Part shown: piece by piece, positions 36,957 to 46,142 of the stretch
How the letters are laid out: each line of letters opens with the position of its first letter
Numbering within the stretch: position 1 is the stretch's first letter
Made by a program: the position numbers and the translations under genes
Notes under the pieces: model-generated
Database searches by the model: none
What the model was told of the DNA's origin: nothing
What the model saw: the letters and a program-made list of their open reading frames with translations, nothing else
IMG/VR virus record: IMGVR_UViG_3300012352_000670
Source of the DNA: an uncultured virus (IMG/VR IMGVR_UViG_3300012352_000670)
Taxonomy: Duplodnaviria > Heunggongvirae > Uroviricota > Caudoviricetes
DNA: 64,000 nt
Direction: 5' to 3' (one strand)

Positions 36957-37103
36957 ACTTCAAATGTAGCACTACCCACTGACATTTTCAACGACACGCC
37001 AGAAACTTTTTGAAAGCTTTTGATCTGATCCTGATCCTGCACTGCAGCTCCGGCACCTGATCTCCCAGACCACCCTGCCCTGGACCAACCAGAAAAGAGT
37101 GGC

Positions 37104-37130
37104 GAGCAGTTTTACAACTTGCTCAGGTTG
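37104..37130 (-). ncRNA. Small H-type pseudoknot, copy 2
   Basis: CAAC-CU-GAGCA-A-GUUG-UAAAAC-UGCUC. Confidence 0.55.
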
Positions 37131-37145
37131 GGTGTGGCTTCGAAC

Positions 37146-37535
37146 CTAAACGAGTTCTTCCTCGGGTTCAGGTTCGCGAACCAAGACGGTGCGAGTGTAG
37201 ACCGAAGTTCCCCAAGTCAAATCGTGGCCCATTGCTGACGCTTCGATTTCCACCGAAGTTCCCGAACGCTCTCCATTGTCCCAGTCGCGAACGCGAAGTG
37301 TGCCAGTGACGGTGATACGGTCGCCCTTGTTGATAGAGGTAGAGACATTGAAAGCAAGTTTATTGAACGAGGTGACAGTGAACCAGTTCGTCTCGCCGTC
37401 CACCCACTTGCTCTCCACGCGGTCAAACTTGCGGTAAGAACTCGCGAGACGGAATGAAGTAATCGGCAAGCCGTCCGCCGTAATGATGTGGCGAGGTGTG
37501 GTGGCAACGAGGCCAGTGACAGATACAGTTTCCAT
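37146..37535 (-). CDS. ssb: Single-stranded DNA-binding protein (actinobacterial type)
   Basis: VTGLVATTP...FRLAS...WVDGETNWFTV...KGDR..V.G.LR.RDW...EIEA...GHDL.WG. Confidence 0.9.
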   Translation of the reverse strand: METVSVTGLVATTPRHIITADGLPITSFRLASSYRKFDRVESKWVDGETNWFTVTSFNKLAFNVSTSINKGDRITVTGTLRVRDWDNGERSGTSVEIEASAMGHDLTWGTSVYTRTVLVREPEPEEELV

Positions 37536-37772
37536 TAGTTTCCCTTTGATAGTTTCCCCTGTGAACTTTTGTCCACCCTTGTATTGTAGCATAACTCGCG
37601 ATGACATTCAACTTGCCACGAATCTTTTGCTTCGTGAGAAGTTCCTACGGTAGCCCCCAGCTTGATGATTGATCAGCTTGATCACAAACCCATTGATCCG
37701 GTTCAGCTGCACTTCCACCCAAACAAGAAACCCCCGCCCGAAGGCGAGGGTTCTTGCTTTTTAGGGAAACGA

Positions 37773-38246
37773 CTACCAACTGGATTGGTATTCGAAATCG
37801 TAATCCTTCAGACTTTCCGAAGTCAAAAGGTGGTTCAGCATTTCAGCAGTTTGCTTCAGGCTGTCGTAGTACCACTCATCAAGGTCAGTTCCACCGAAGA
37901 AGAACCCACTCTGTGGTGGCAACAACTCATCAGCCTTGGTGGCATCAGCCAATACAGCCTGGCACGCCTCCAGAAGTTCAGCCAGTTGCTCACGAGATAC
38001 CCAAGCCTTCTGGCACTCATCACGACCACCCTGAACATTCTGAACGAACCAGTTGTGAATGGCGTTCGCCTTACGCCAGTAACCAACGCTGATTTCGATT
38101 GTGGCACTTGGGTTGCCATACTCCAAGTCTGCCTTGGTCAAGCCACTAGCAGATAGAACTTCAGCGTACGCCTGCTTCTCTGGCTCTTTGTTGAAATCGT
38201 AGCCACTCACGTACTTGCGAGCAGATAGATACATATCTAGTCCCAT
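37773..38246 (-). CDS. Conserved phage protein (MGLDMY..YWRKANAIHNWF..GFFFG..YQSSW)
   Basis: Motif set typical of a widespread phage hypothetical family. Confidence 0.75.
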   Translation of the reverse strand: MGLDMYLSARKYVSGYDFNKEPEKQAYAEVLSASGLTKADLEYGNPSATIEISVGYWRKANAIHNWFVQNVQGGRDECQKAWVSREQLAELLEACQAVLADATKADELLPPQSGFFFGGTDLDEWYYDSLKQTAEMLNHLLTSESLKDYDFEYQSSW

Positions 38247-38323
38247 TGGAACTCCCTCTTTCCCTACGCCCTACTCTTTTTCAGGCACGCCACCAGTTTA
38301 CACTAAGTCAGCGAAAATACAAA

Positions 38324-38626
38324 CTATTTAGCGAAAGTTTTTTGGCCTAGATCGACCAACAATTCTTCGACAGTGTCAGGGATCTGATATCCACCAACCA
38401 GAATCCCGGCTCGGATCACTAGTTCTCCGGTGGTCAAGGAAAGAGCTGCGGCCCAAGACGATACAACTTCGGAAGAAGCTTCTTTCTGTCCACGCTCCAA
38501 TTCGCTCAGGTACCCGAGTGCCATGTTCGCACGAGTAGAAACCTGGCGTAGGGTTAGCTTCTGATCGATCCGTTCCTCGCGTGCAACGTGTCCGAGGGCT
38601 TCGCGGTATAGCAATTCACTAGTCAT
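38324..38626 (-). CDS. ClgR-like XRE HTH transcriptional regulator
   Basis: REALG...R..R....TLRQVS..A..ALGYLSELERGQKEASSE closely matches actinobacterial ClgR; leaderless. Confidence 0.8.
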   Translation of the reverse strand: MTSELLYREALGHVAREERIDQKLTLRQVSTRANMALGYLSELERGQKEASSEVVSSWAAALSLTTGELVIRAGILVGGYQIPDTVEELLVDLGQKTFAK

Positions 38627-38712
38627 ACGATCAGCGTAGTGCACGCACGCCAATCCGTCAAACAAAAAACACCAGCAGCTCTCTCGCCACTGGTGTTCTC
38701 TGTCCGTTTTGG

Positions 38713-39570
38713 TTAGGCAACCTCGGTCAAGGTCGGATAGACACGCACTCCGTCTTCCTCCACCCACGCCACGCTGTCTTCACTAATCAGCACGCCGTTC
38801 GGTTGCTCGGCGTTGGTAAAGTTTTCCAGCACGCCGTTCGCAATCTCCCACGCCGATTCAGCCGACTTCGCCGTAATCCGAATGACTTGCCGAACCACAA
38901 CCTCGAACTCCTTTTCAGGGCGAGGGCAATCCGCATACCAATACTCGTCGTCGTCAGGGTCGCTCTGGCAGTTGCACGACTCTTCCCTGTCCCTGTCCAC
39001 ATAGTCTTGGTGGCTGTCGGGGATGTCCCATTCCTTGGTCATAATCAAAGAACGCTCGCCATCCTCGTCGCCGTCCGAAGAAGTGAACTCCGCACCCCAG
39101 CCCTGTTCTTCCTCACTCCAGAACTCAAAGTCCAGCGTTGGGAACTTACGAACAATCGCATTGAAGACTGGCTCAGGGATACTCCACGCCGTATTGAACG
39201 AGTAGCCCAGCGAGGTTTCGCTGTCGTCATTCAAGTCCACATCACAAGCGTCCCACTTAGTTCCCCACTCACGAATGTTCCAGTCATACCAGCCATTCGA
39301 CGAGAACTTCATAGAGTGAGCCATACGCTCTTCCATAGTCCACGAATCGTAGCCCTCTGGCTTGTAGTCGCTTGCCCCAAAGTAGAGTGCCTTGTCTTCT
39401 GGCTCAATGAAGTTCCAGAATGAAAAGACCTCCTCCTTGTCTTCGTAGGTCAGCAACCCAGTTTCGCTATCGAATCCAGTTGGTGCTTTTCGCCCTGCCA
39501 GTTCCTTGAACTCAGCAATCGTTTCTTTTGAACCTGAAACGCTCAGGGTGTTGTAAACCCAGTTTGGCAT
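38713..39570 (-). CDS. DUF1281/YubB ferredoxin-like domain protein
   Basis: MPNWVYN.L..; WYDWN...WGTKWD; F.TAWS.P. Confidence 0.8.
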   Translation of the reverse strand: MPNWVYNTLSVSGSKETIAEFKELAGRKAPTGFDSETGLLTYEDKEEVFSFWNFIEPEDKALYFGASDYKPEGYDSWTMEERMAHSMKFSSNGWYDWNIREWGTKWDACDVDLNDDSETSLGYSFNTAWSIPEPVFNAIVRKFPTLDFEFWSEEEQGWGAEFTSSDGDEDGERSLIMTKEWDIPDSHQDYVDRDREESCNCQSDPDDDEYWYADCPRPEKEFEVVVRQVIRITAKSAESAWEIANGVLENFTNAEQPNGVLISEDSVAWVEEDGVRVYPTLTEVA

Positions 39571-39571
39571 T

Positions 39572-39859
39572 TTAGTTCTCCTCTCCAGTTAGGTTGTGTT
39601 CCTCAATCAAAGTGTCAATGGTCATACCAGCGTAAATCTTGGTGGTTTCCAAGTAAGTGAGCAAGCCCTCGCTACCAAACTTCTTTCCAAGTTCAGTCGC
39701 AAGTTCCAGCAAGCGATACATCCTTGGGTCAGCGTATCCCTCTTGGCAGTAATCCTCAACGAAGACAGCAATGGCAGTAAGAGCAATGCCAGCAATGTCT
39801 TTGTCGTCCAACTCCATTTCAGCGAAGTTTGGAATGTTGTTTCCACAGTTGTCGCACAT
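39572..39859 (-). CDS. Hypothetical protein
   Basis: MCDNCG after SD. Confidence 0.6.
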   Translation of the reverse strand: MCDNCGNNIPNFAEMELDDKDIAGIALTAIAVFVEDYCQEGYADPRMYRLLELATELGKKFGSEGLLTYLETTKIYAGMTIDTLIEEHNLTGEEN

Positions 39860-40368
39860 TTCGTTTCCCTTCTTTTGGCAACAAGTAAATCGTAGCATAC
39901 ATCAGCGACATTTCAAATAGGTTCGTTCGAAGTTTTGGCATTTCGTAGAGCTGCTTTTGCCAGGTCCGGTGCAGCTTATGATCGATCAGCAAAAGCTCCT
40001 ACATGCGTATGACGATCCGACTGAAGATCTGAGATCCCGAGATCATCGGCCCAAGCTTCACCCGGGCATGAGATCTAAAGCTGCTGAACTTCTAACGATC
40101 ACCAACGGCCGCGCATTCTGGTACCGGATATCTTTCCCGGGTACGATTCGAGATCCTCTAGCGCGTCCGTCTTCGTGGGTAGTTCCACCCGGGTGATCGA
40201 TCAGCAGCTTTTCTCGCGCACGCCAGCACGCCACCGTTAGTCCGGGCAAAACGAAATCCCTACCAGTGGGGGCTGATAGGGATTCCTAATCCGTTAGCGG
40301 AGAGCGATTATTGGAAAGGGGGAAACGAGTTTGCTCGATCCGCTAATGGACTTCTTTGGCACGCCGAC

Positions 40369-42159
40369 TTACACGCCACCCCCGATTTTCGCGAGAGCGT
40401 CAGACGCAGACTTGCCGATTTCCAGCGCGATACTTTCGACAGCCATTCCGTTTAGGTGAACCGCGTGAGTTCCGCGCGTGATGTCTTGCGCGCCAGTTCC
40501 GTAGCAATCCTTTGGAGTGATGAACAGAACAGCCACGCCAGCCTGTTCACATTCCTTGACAATCCGTTTCGCGTTTTCGGTTTCTTTCGGAGTGTAGTTT
40601 CCGTCCGATACAACAACCAACAAACGCACGCCGTCCGAATAGGTCAGACCAAGCGCGCCATTGAGAGCCGAGAACCCCTTGTCAAAAACTTCCGTTCCGT
40701 CTGGCGCAGACCAGACCGAAACTTCTTCCAACTTCTGCCCGACCTTGAGTGTCGCGAACACATCTTCACCGAAGTAGACCATAGCGGTTTTCGCCTGAAC
40801 CCTACGACCAGCCTCACTTAGCACCCAAGCAGTTGTCGCCATAGCGTCCATAGCCGAACCCATAGAACCAGAAATGTCCACCATTACGCCAATGGTCAGC
40901 GTTGGGTCGTCAGTGTGTTTGCGCGACTTCGACTTCCAAGCAGGGAGTTCGCCACGCAATCCCATTGACTTCATAGCACTATTCTGAACAGCGTTGCGAG
41001 TGTTGAGTTTGCCAAGTGGCGCGTGAGTTTTGCGAGTGTGAACTGAACGCTCACGATACTTCGCCTTGTCCAGCATTTCAGCAATCTTGACAGCACTCGC
41101 ACGCTCACCAGATTTTGGCGCACGCTTTTCGCGAAGTGATGAACGCGACTTCGTTCCAGTAGAACCCTCTTCGCGCTTGTCGAAAATCACCTCTGCCACC
41201 TTGCGCTCTTCGCTCTTCTTCTTGCTCTGGCTTGCGCGACCCTTTGCCTCTTCTGCCCACTCTTCGTCAGTCTGTTGGTCAGACAAGTCAATCGAAACAG
41301 CAATCGCAGTTTCGCCAGCGTCCTCTTCCAAGTCGCCCTTGCTTGCGAGAACGAAAGCCATTCCAGCACCCTCGCCACTCTCGCCCTCTGGGTCAGCCTC
41401 GCGTAGCAAGTCCACCCACTCGCGAGCCAAGTCAAGACCAGCGATAGTCGCGCCATTTGGAAGAGCGTGGAAACGCACCCAAACAGAACGCAACTTCTCA
41501 AACAACTCGCTACCAAGAACCTCAAGCGCGCGCTCGTAAATCTTCTGAACATCTGCCAGACCAAGAACGCCAGCGTCCACGCGAGCGAGAGCAAGTCCAG
41601 CCATTTGAGCAAGCACGCGAACCTCGCTCAACTTTGACAACGCCTCTTCGTCAATCTCGCCAAGAGCAAGACCAAGAGCAGACGCACGCAGGAAAAGCCT
41701 GTTCTTTGGATAGGTCAGAACGCCAATGCGCTCAATGCGAGATTCCTCAAGCAACCAGAAAGCGTCAAGAACATTTTGGTTGCCCTTGTGATGTTCGCTT
41801 TCGAAGAGCGAGTAATCCCACTTGTCAGACGAACGCGCGTGAAGAGCCTCGTGATAAATCACGCCAGTTGGTTCTGCCCAATCGTATTGAGTTTCGCGAA
41901 GTGTGAAGTCGCCAACCATTTCTGGCTTAGTTGCTTTCCCAAAAGCACCAGCCAAGTTGATTTCGATTTCGGCAGTAGAGCCAATGAAACAAGCAATCGC
42001 TTGACCCATACCAGCGTCCTCACCAGCATAGACAGCCAAGTCATTACGACCAGCCCAATCGTTTGCGACCTTACCAATCTGGGCGCAAGTCGCCAACCAT
42101 TCAGACGGAGTTGAGCCAGCGCGAGTTGCGAGGCGCGAGTTAGGTGTGAAGTGTGTCAT
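40369..42159 (-). CDS. vWA domain protein with N-terminal HExxH (CobT-like partner of MoxR AAA+)
   Basis: YHEALH, LEESRIE, MIDAS DISGSM, VVSDG. Confidence 0.85.
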   Translation of the reverse strand: MTHFTPNSRLATRAGSTPSEWLATCAQIGKVANDWAGRNDLAVYAGEDAGMGQAIACFIGSTAEIEINLAGAFGKATKPEMVGDFTLRETQYDWAEPTGVIYHEALHARSSDKWDYSLFESEHHKGNQNVLDAFWLLEESRIERIGVLTYPKNRLFLRASALGLALGEIDEEALSKLSEVRVLAQMAGLALARVDAGVLGLADVQKIYERALEVLGSELFEKLRSVWVRFHALPNGATIAGLDLAREWVDLLREADPEGESGEGAGMAFVLASKGDLEEDAGETAIAVSIDLSDQQTDEEWAEEAKGRASQSKKKSEERKVAEVIFDKREEGSTGTKSRSSLREKRAPKSGERASAVKIAEMLDKAKYRERSVHTRKTHAPLGKLNTRNAVQNSAMKSMGLRGELPAWKSKSRKHTDDPTLTIGVMVDISGSMGSAMDAMATTAWVLSEAGRRVQAKTAMVYFGEDVFATLKVGQKLEEVSVWSAPDGTEVFDKGFSALNGALGLTYSDGVRLLVVVSDGNYTPKETENAKRIVKECEQAGVAVLFITPKDCYGTGAQDITRGTHAVHLNGMAVESIALEIGKSASDALAKIGGGV

Positions 42160-42450
42160 TTCCAGTCCTTTCCAAAACTGATTACCTATTCAGGATAGCG
42201 CACTTTTGCGCTTTGGCGCAACTCAATCCAAGAAAAGATTTTGTTCGATTTCGATCCCTAGTCCGGCGCAGCTTTGGCCCAAGCTTTTGGGTGATTAAAT
42301 CCTGGGCCATCCACCCGGGTGATCGATCAGTGGTCAAGCTTTTGATTTCTTCGTTGGAAGTAATGCGTACGATCCCTAGAGCTGCCTCTCCACCAAAAAG
42401 CAAAAGTGCCAGATTTCTCTGGCACTTCGCTTTTCAGTTTCGGACGGAAA

Positions 42451-43467
42451 CTAAATCTTGGCAGGGCGACATTCCTCACCGAACACGCGAGTGAAAACAT
42501 CTGCCACGACAGGGCGGTCAAGTTCTGGCGCACTCGCAAGCAAGTTGGAGATTGCGAACTTAGTTCCAAACACTTCGCTGATTGACTTGTATGCCAACAG
42601 TTCACGCATTTGTGGCGACCACGAAGTTTCACCATTCGCTTGCTTTTTCGCAAGGTTCTGGGCAACCGAAACAGCAGACGCAGGAACGCCCAACTTTTTC
42701 GCAAGCGACCAGTCAGTCGTCATTTCTGCCTGAATGGAGAAACGAGAGAGCAACGCCTCGCTTAGGCGAACTCCGGGCGCATTGGGATTTGTCGCGCCAA
42801 TCACATAAAAGCCGTCCTTGGCTTTCACAGTTCCGCGCTCTGGGTTCGCGGTGATTACGATTTCCTTGCGTCCGTCCATAAGACCATAGACAGCCGAAAG
42901 AACCTTTGGGTCAATCAGACCAATCTCGTCAATCAACAGAACTTTGCCCTCTTCGGCAGACTTGACCAAAACGCCGTCCACCCATTCGAATGAGCCACTT
43001 GGAGTTTGGACATAGCCACCAATGAAGTCAGAAAGTTCGGTGTCGCCAGAACCAAGGATTGTGTAAAGTTCGTCTGGGAACGCGCCCTCAACGAGAGCAG
43101 TTTTGCCAGTTCCGGGCGCACCATACAAAAGGACATACTGGTTGTTTGCGCGTGCTTTGCGAAGAACCTCAACATCTGAATGTTCTCCCCAAGTGCGAGA
43201 GAAGTAGAAGTCGCCATTCGGACGCTGATACTTCTCCGCACCCTCAATCGTTTCTACGCTCACAGTTGCCTTTGCCTTTGGTTTTGGAGTTCCAGTTCCA
43301 ATCTTAGCGCGAAGATTAGCGCGTCCACTTTTCGGCATTAGCGAAGTAAGACCAGCAGGAACTTTGGTTTCGTCCTCACCCTGAACAGCAACGCCGAAAA
43401 TCAGCGAGGTGAGTTCTGGGTAGATTGCGTCCACGATTTCTTCGTAGGTGTTTGTTGTAGTAGTCAT
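42451..43467 (-). CDS. MoxR-type AAA+ ATPase (CbbQ/NirQ/CobS-like)
   Basis: GAPGTGKT, LLIDEI, ATNP, LSEALLSRF. Confidence 0.9.
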   Translation of the reverse strand: MTTTTNTYEEIVDAIYPELTSLIFGVAVQGEDETKVPAGLTSLMPKSGRANLRAKIGTGTPKPKAKATVSVETIEGAEKYQRPNGDFYFSRTWGEHSDVEVLRKARANNQYVLLYGAPGTGKTALVEGAFPDELYTILGSGDTELSDFIGGYVQTPSGSFEWVDGVLVKSAEEGKVLLIDEIGLIDPKVLSAVYGLMDGRKEIVITANPERGTVKAKDGFYVIGATNPNAPGVRLSEALLSRFSIQAEMTTDWSLAKKLGVPASAVSVAQNLAKKQANGETSWSPQMRELLAYKSISEVFGTKFAISNLLASAPELDRPVVADVFTRVFGEECRPAKI

Positions 43468-43494
43468 TTCAGTTTTCCGTCCTTTTCGATTTCC

Positions 43495-44001
43495 CTAGTA
43501 AAGGTTTTCTGGGTAGCCAACTTCGGCGCGCGCTTTGGTGATTCGGCGCAACGCAGACGCAGGTGCTTTCCAAGTGCTGATGTCAGTGAAATCAACATCA
43601 GTTAGTTCGAACACGATTGGTCGTGGTCGTGGCGTAAATCCCTCTGGGAACATACGCGCAGTGATTTCGCTCGCACGCGAACCAAGTTCGACAGCCTTAT
43701 CAACAGGCGACATAGCGTCAAACTCTTTAGGGGTTCGAACGAAGTTAGTGCGCCATTGAGCGCGAGGTGAGAACTCGCTAATGGTGCGATAGATAACAGC
43801 CATACTTACGACTTCGCCCTTTTCGTTCTTACCACTTGGGGTAATCAGAACTTGGGTGGTTCGTGGGTATGAGTTGGTTGCGTGTGCCTCAAGGTAAATG
43901 CCCATTCCCATTAGGCGAGGCTTGGTGCTTACCTCTTCGTGAGAAGTGGCAAGTGCGTCAGCAATCTCGGAAGAAACTTCTCCGAATGTTGTTGGGTTCA
44001 C
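43495..44001 (-). CDS. Hypothetical protein
   Basis: GGAAAGG SD with GTG start; first gene of the AAA+ cassette. Confidence 0.65.
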   Translation of the reverse strand: MNPTTFGEVSSEIADALATSHEEVSTKPRLMGMGIYLEAHATNSYPRTTQVLITPSGKNEKGEVVSMAVIYRTISEFSPRAQWRTNFVRTPKEFDAMSPVDKAVELGSRASEITARMFPEGFTPRPRPIVFELTDVDFTDISTWKAPASALRRITKARAEVGYPENLY

Positions 44002-44130
44002 TTTCGTGCCTTTCCAGTAGTTGAGTGTCGTTTTCCCGACAAGACCAACTTTACACGAAGTCGCGACAAAAGCGCAACTCTTCCAACAAAGATTTTTTAT
44101 TTAGTTTTTCCCGGGCTGATCGATCAGCAG

Positions 44131-44421
44131 CTACTCGTCTTCAAGATCGTCGAAAGTTAGGGGATCAAGATCCTCATCTATATATGGGCTAGCAGGTACA
44201 GCGCTGATCGCATCCTGAGCACAATCGAAGCAGACGATCCACTGGGACTTCTCATCAAGACCTACTAGATATGCATAGAAGGTACCATCGACTTGGCCAA
44301 CATCTTCAGTGCAGCTTATGCATGCAATGTCAGCTAGATCCTCAGGGGTAACTAGTCCAGCCACGATGGCCATACCAGCATCGACTTCGTCTTCTATTAA
44401 GTGGAGTTCAATTGCTCTCAT
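44131..44421 (-). CDS. Acidic Zn-finger protein (CxxC..CxxC)
   Basis: CISC...CFDC; leaderless-type start. Confidence 0.55.
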   Translation of the reverse strand: MRAIELHLIEDEVDAGMAIVAGLVTPEDLADIACISCTEDVGQVDGTFYAYLVGLDEKSQWIVCFDCAQDAISAVPASPYIDEDLDPLTFDDLEDE

Positions 44422-44558
44422 GGAATCTAATCGTACTGTACTTAATAAATAGTGATTCGTTCGAAGTTAGCTGATGCCTGGCCGGCGATCCATCCGCTTA
44501 AAAGAAAACTTCCCACGAACGCATTCGCAGGAAGTTTCAGTGTGGATCCGTTAGCTAG

Positions 44559-44792
44559 TTACTTCCAACGCTCCACATACACGTGACCAGCACCGTTACC
44601 TTCTGGGTCCATCGATGGGATGAGTGCTTGCCCGTTGTCAAGAAGGATGACGAATCCGACATCGTACGAGTCTTCCCATCCCATGTCCGCGAGTTCGCTT
44701 GCCGTCAACGGACGCACGCCGACAATCTTGGCACCGACGATGGAACCGTACTCCTTCTGGATGTAGGCCTTTGAGTCAAATTTAGTTTCCAT
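44559..44792 (-). CDS. Hypothetical protein (DPEGNG.G motif)
   Basis: SD, promoter, terminator at 44499. Confidence 0.65.
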   Translation of the reverse strand: METKFDSKAYIQKEYGSIVGAKIVGVRPLTASELADMGWEDSYDVGFVILLDNGQALIPSMDPEGNGAGHVYVERWK

Positions 44793-45100
44793 GAGAATCC
44801 TTTCCTAGATACTTAAATGGTAGCAGAGTGCACGCCGTAATGCAAGTTAACTTACTGATCTTCTAATTCGTCGCATCCGCAACAGTCCGCGCACTCGAGC
44901 GCCCACTTGCAGCTCGGGCAGAGATTCCAGTCGAGGACATGCTCATCGCACGCCGTACAAGGAGTGTCCTTCAGGTCCTGAACGGTCTTGACGTCATCAT
45001 ATGAATTTACTTTAGCCATATATAAAACATAGCATACGGTGCTCGGATCTGCAAGCCGGCCGCGACTTCAAACGAGTCCGCTTGGTTGGAAGTTATGAAA

Positions 45101-45418
45101 TCAATCTGATGACGGCAGCTTCTGATCCCGCTTAGCTGCGCGGGCCTTCTTGATCTCGGCTTTGATCTTCGTTAGAAGTTGCACCGGTGTGAGCTGCTCA
45201 TCACCTGGGATGGATCCGTACTTGTGAAGAAGCTTTAGAAGCATGCCCGCTACAAAGAGATCGTCGCTGAATGCTAGCCATGGAAAGATGACGTCAAATG
45301 GGTCTATCGGCATAACGAGGTACCCGATGCATAAAGTTGCGATCGCTTTAACCCACCAAGGGGCTCGCTTGAACTGATCTACGTACTGACGCAGGCCGTT
45401 CTTAATTCTTTGTCGCAA
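45101..45418 (-). CDS. DUF1232/YkvA membrane protein
   Basis: YLVMPID..D..P.L...DD. Confidence 0.75.
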   Translation of the reverse strand: MRQRIKNGLRQYVDQFKRAPWWVKAIATLCIGYLVMPIDPFDVIFPWLAFSDDLFVAGMLLKLLHKYGSIPGDEQLTPVQLLTKIKAEIKKARAAKRDQKLPSSD

Positions 45419-45629
45419 GTAGTGTTTTGCTTTCCTTCAGTGTCCAGCTCGCCAGAGGTTGTCCGTTGAAAGTTACAGCTGCAAGCTGCTTCTCGGCATC
45501 CGTCACATCTTCAGCAAAGACGATCACTCGTTCGAAGTTAGAGCTCGCCGCTGATGGTGTTACCTGGTATTCAAATCCGTACATGTTTATTTCTTTCGTT
45601 AATAGTTTAGCTGATCCGTCTAGATGCAA
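45402..45629 (-). CDS. Hypothetical protein
   Basis: ORF in operon; start probably MYGFEY. Confidence 0.45.
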   Translation of the reverse strand: MHLDGSAKLLTKEINMYGFEYQVTPSAASSNFERVIVFAEDVTDAEKQLAAVTFNGQPLASWTLKESKTLLATKN

Positions 45630-45882
45630 GCCGTGTTGAAAAAGTTGGGAAGTAGTTCAGAGGGACATCCGCGAAGTCCGCGGGCACCAACTTTCTACCA
45701 AGCCGTTGCTCCACACATCCGATGCAGAGCATTCCACGCCGTTTCTTGTAGATCGACTTCCAGACCGTGTCCGTGAGCATGTAGTACTCATCGATGTGTA
45801 GCGTGTTCGCACCGCAGTCCCTGCAGACAAACGGTTTGCAATCTGTGTCGCAGAAAGGCTCGCCGCAACTACCAATCATTGT
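45607..45882 (-). CDS. Cys-rich hypothetical protein (CRDC..YML...VW..LCIGC.E.RLGR.L)
   Basis: Conserved Cys pattern; start uncertain. Confidence 0.55.
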   Translation of the reverse strand, partial: TMIGSCGEPFCDTDCKPFVCRDCGANTLHIDEYYMLTDTVWKSIYKKRRGMLCIGCVEQRLGRKLVPADFADVPLNYFPTFSTRLASRRIS

Positions 45883-46093
45883 TGGCGTCCGCGCCGAGTT
45901 CAGCAAGGATGTCCTTGATTTCGTTCTCGACCGATTCGGGCACGCCCGCGCCGTAGACAACCAAGGAGTCCAGTTCTGGACCTTCGTCATCGGACAGGTA
46001 CCCAACAGGCACCGTACGACCATCATTCAAAGTGACAACTGCCTGGTTGACCCAGCGCATGGCTTCCGAAGAAGTAACTTTTAATTTTCCCAT
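45869..46093 (-). CDS. Hypothetical protein (leaderless)
   Basis: TTGACT...TACAGT-6nt-ATG. Confidence 0.55.
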   Translation of the reverse strand: MGKLKVTSSEAMRWVNQAVVTLNDGRTVPVGYLSDDEGPELDSLVVYGAGVPESVENEIKDILAELGADANNDW

Positions 46094-46142
46094 GCAGTAA
46101 CTGTAACACGGCGCTCGCCGAAAGTCAAGTTACTTGAATTCC

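Larger units (their letters stand above)
27760..44130 (-). other. Array of early-type expression cassettes separated by palindrome-rich spacers
   Basis: Repeated TTGACA/TTGCNN-16/17-TANNNT promoters, long SD GAAAGGGAAA, GC hairpin + TTTTCTTTT terminators (e.g. 27927, 28323, 28744, 29381, 30019, 32610, 34112, 34493, 35008, 35708, 36148, 37725, 40248, 42396). Confidence 0.85.

Noticed and set aside
27760..44130. CRISPR array or integron attC array
   Set aside because: Repeats are short, degenerate and irregularly spaced; there are no constant-length repeat-spacer units, cas genes, integrase or attC R''/R' structure.
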